A stretch of DNA of 20,000 bases, from assembly GCA_001724245.1 (NCBI GenBank), contig MEDX01000009.1, positions 57,279-77,278 on the forward strand, written 5' to 3'. Shown in pieces: positions 19,850-20,000 of the stretch. Under the pieces are notes generated by a model, which did not search any database, was not told the DNA's origin, and saw nothing but the letters and a program-made list of their open reading frames with translations. Position 1 is the stretch's first letter, and every line of letters starts with the position of its first letter. The stretch is from Fonticula-like sp. SCN 57-25 (taxonomy: Eukaryota). The position numbers and the translations under genes are program-made.

Positions 19850-20000
19850 GTGCGTTTTTGTAATGTTTTTGTCATATTTGTGTTATGTTTATGTCATGTT
19901 TATGTTATGTTTATGTTATGTTTATGTTATGTTCATGTATGGAGAAATGTGGTCCATGTATGATGTGATTGTGGTTTGTGTATGGAAATGTGTAGTTTAT

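Noticed and set aside
1-20000. tRNA, rRNA, transposase or viral genes
   Set aside because: None recognisable; nearly all sequence is accounted for by host genes and short spacers. Small intronic ncRNAs cannot be excluded without an Infernal search.

Overview
Gene-dense, intron-rich eukaryotic DNA, probably from a unicellular opisthokont (inference: fungal-type Rim4 and DUF1752-GATA genes sit beside an animal-like VPS33A N-terminus). Manual splicing gives 11 genes: the 3' end of an RS-domain protein (+), rabenosyn-5/Vac1 (-), then on the + strand DHRS4, MYG1, ChaC, a Rim4-like 3xRRM protein, COX6A with a long C-terminal extension, a two-CRIB PAK kinase, a DUF1752 + two-finger GATA factor, VPS33A and a 5'-partial hexokinase. 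About 62 introns were traced by hand; most are ~43-95 nt with GTRCG donors, but many right of ~12.8 kb have grown to 175-479 nt of low-complexity sequence. Best leads: (1) the COX6A tail resembles the intermembrane-space helices of complex I subunit NDUFB5, a possible complex IV-complex I tether; (2) synonymous codons switch from C-ending to G-ending across each coding block bounded by long introns; (3) splice donors have C, never A, at +4; (4) a Rim4-type meiotic RNA-binding protein. All family calls come from motif recognition and recalled sequences; no searches were run.
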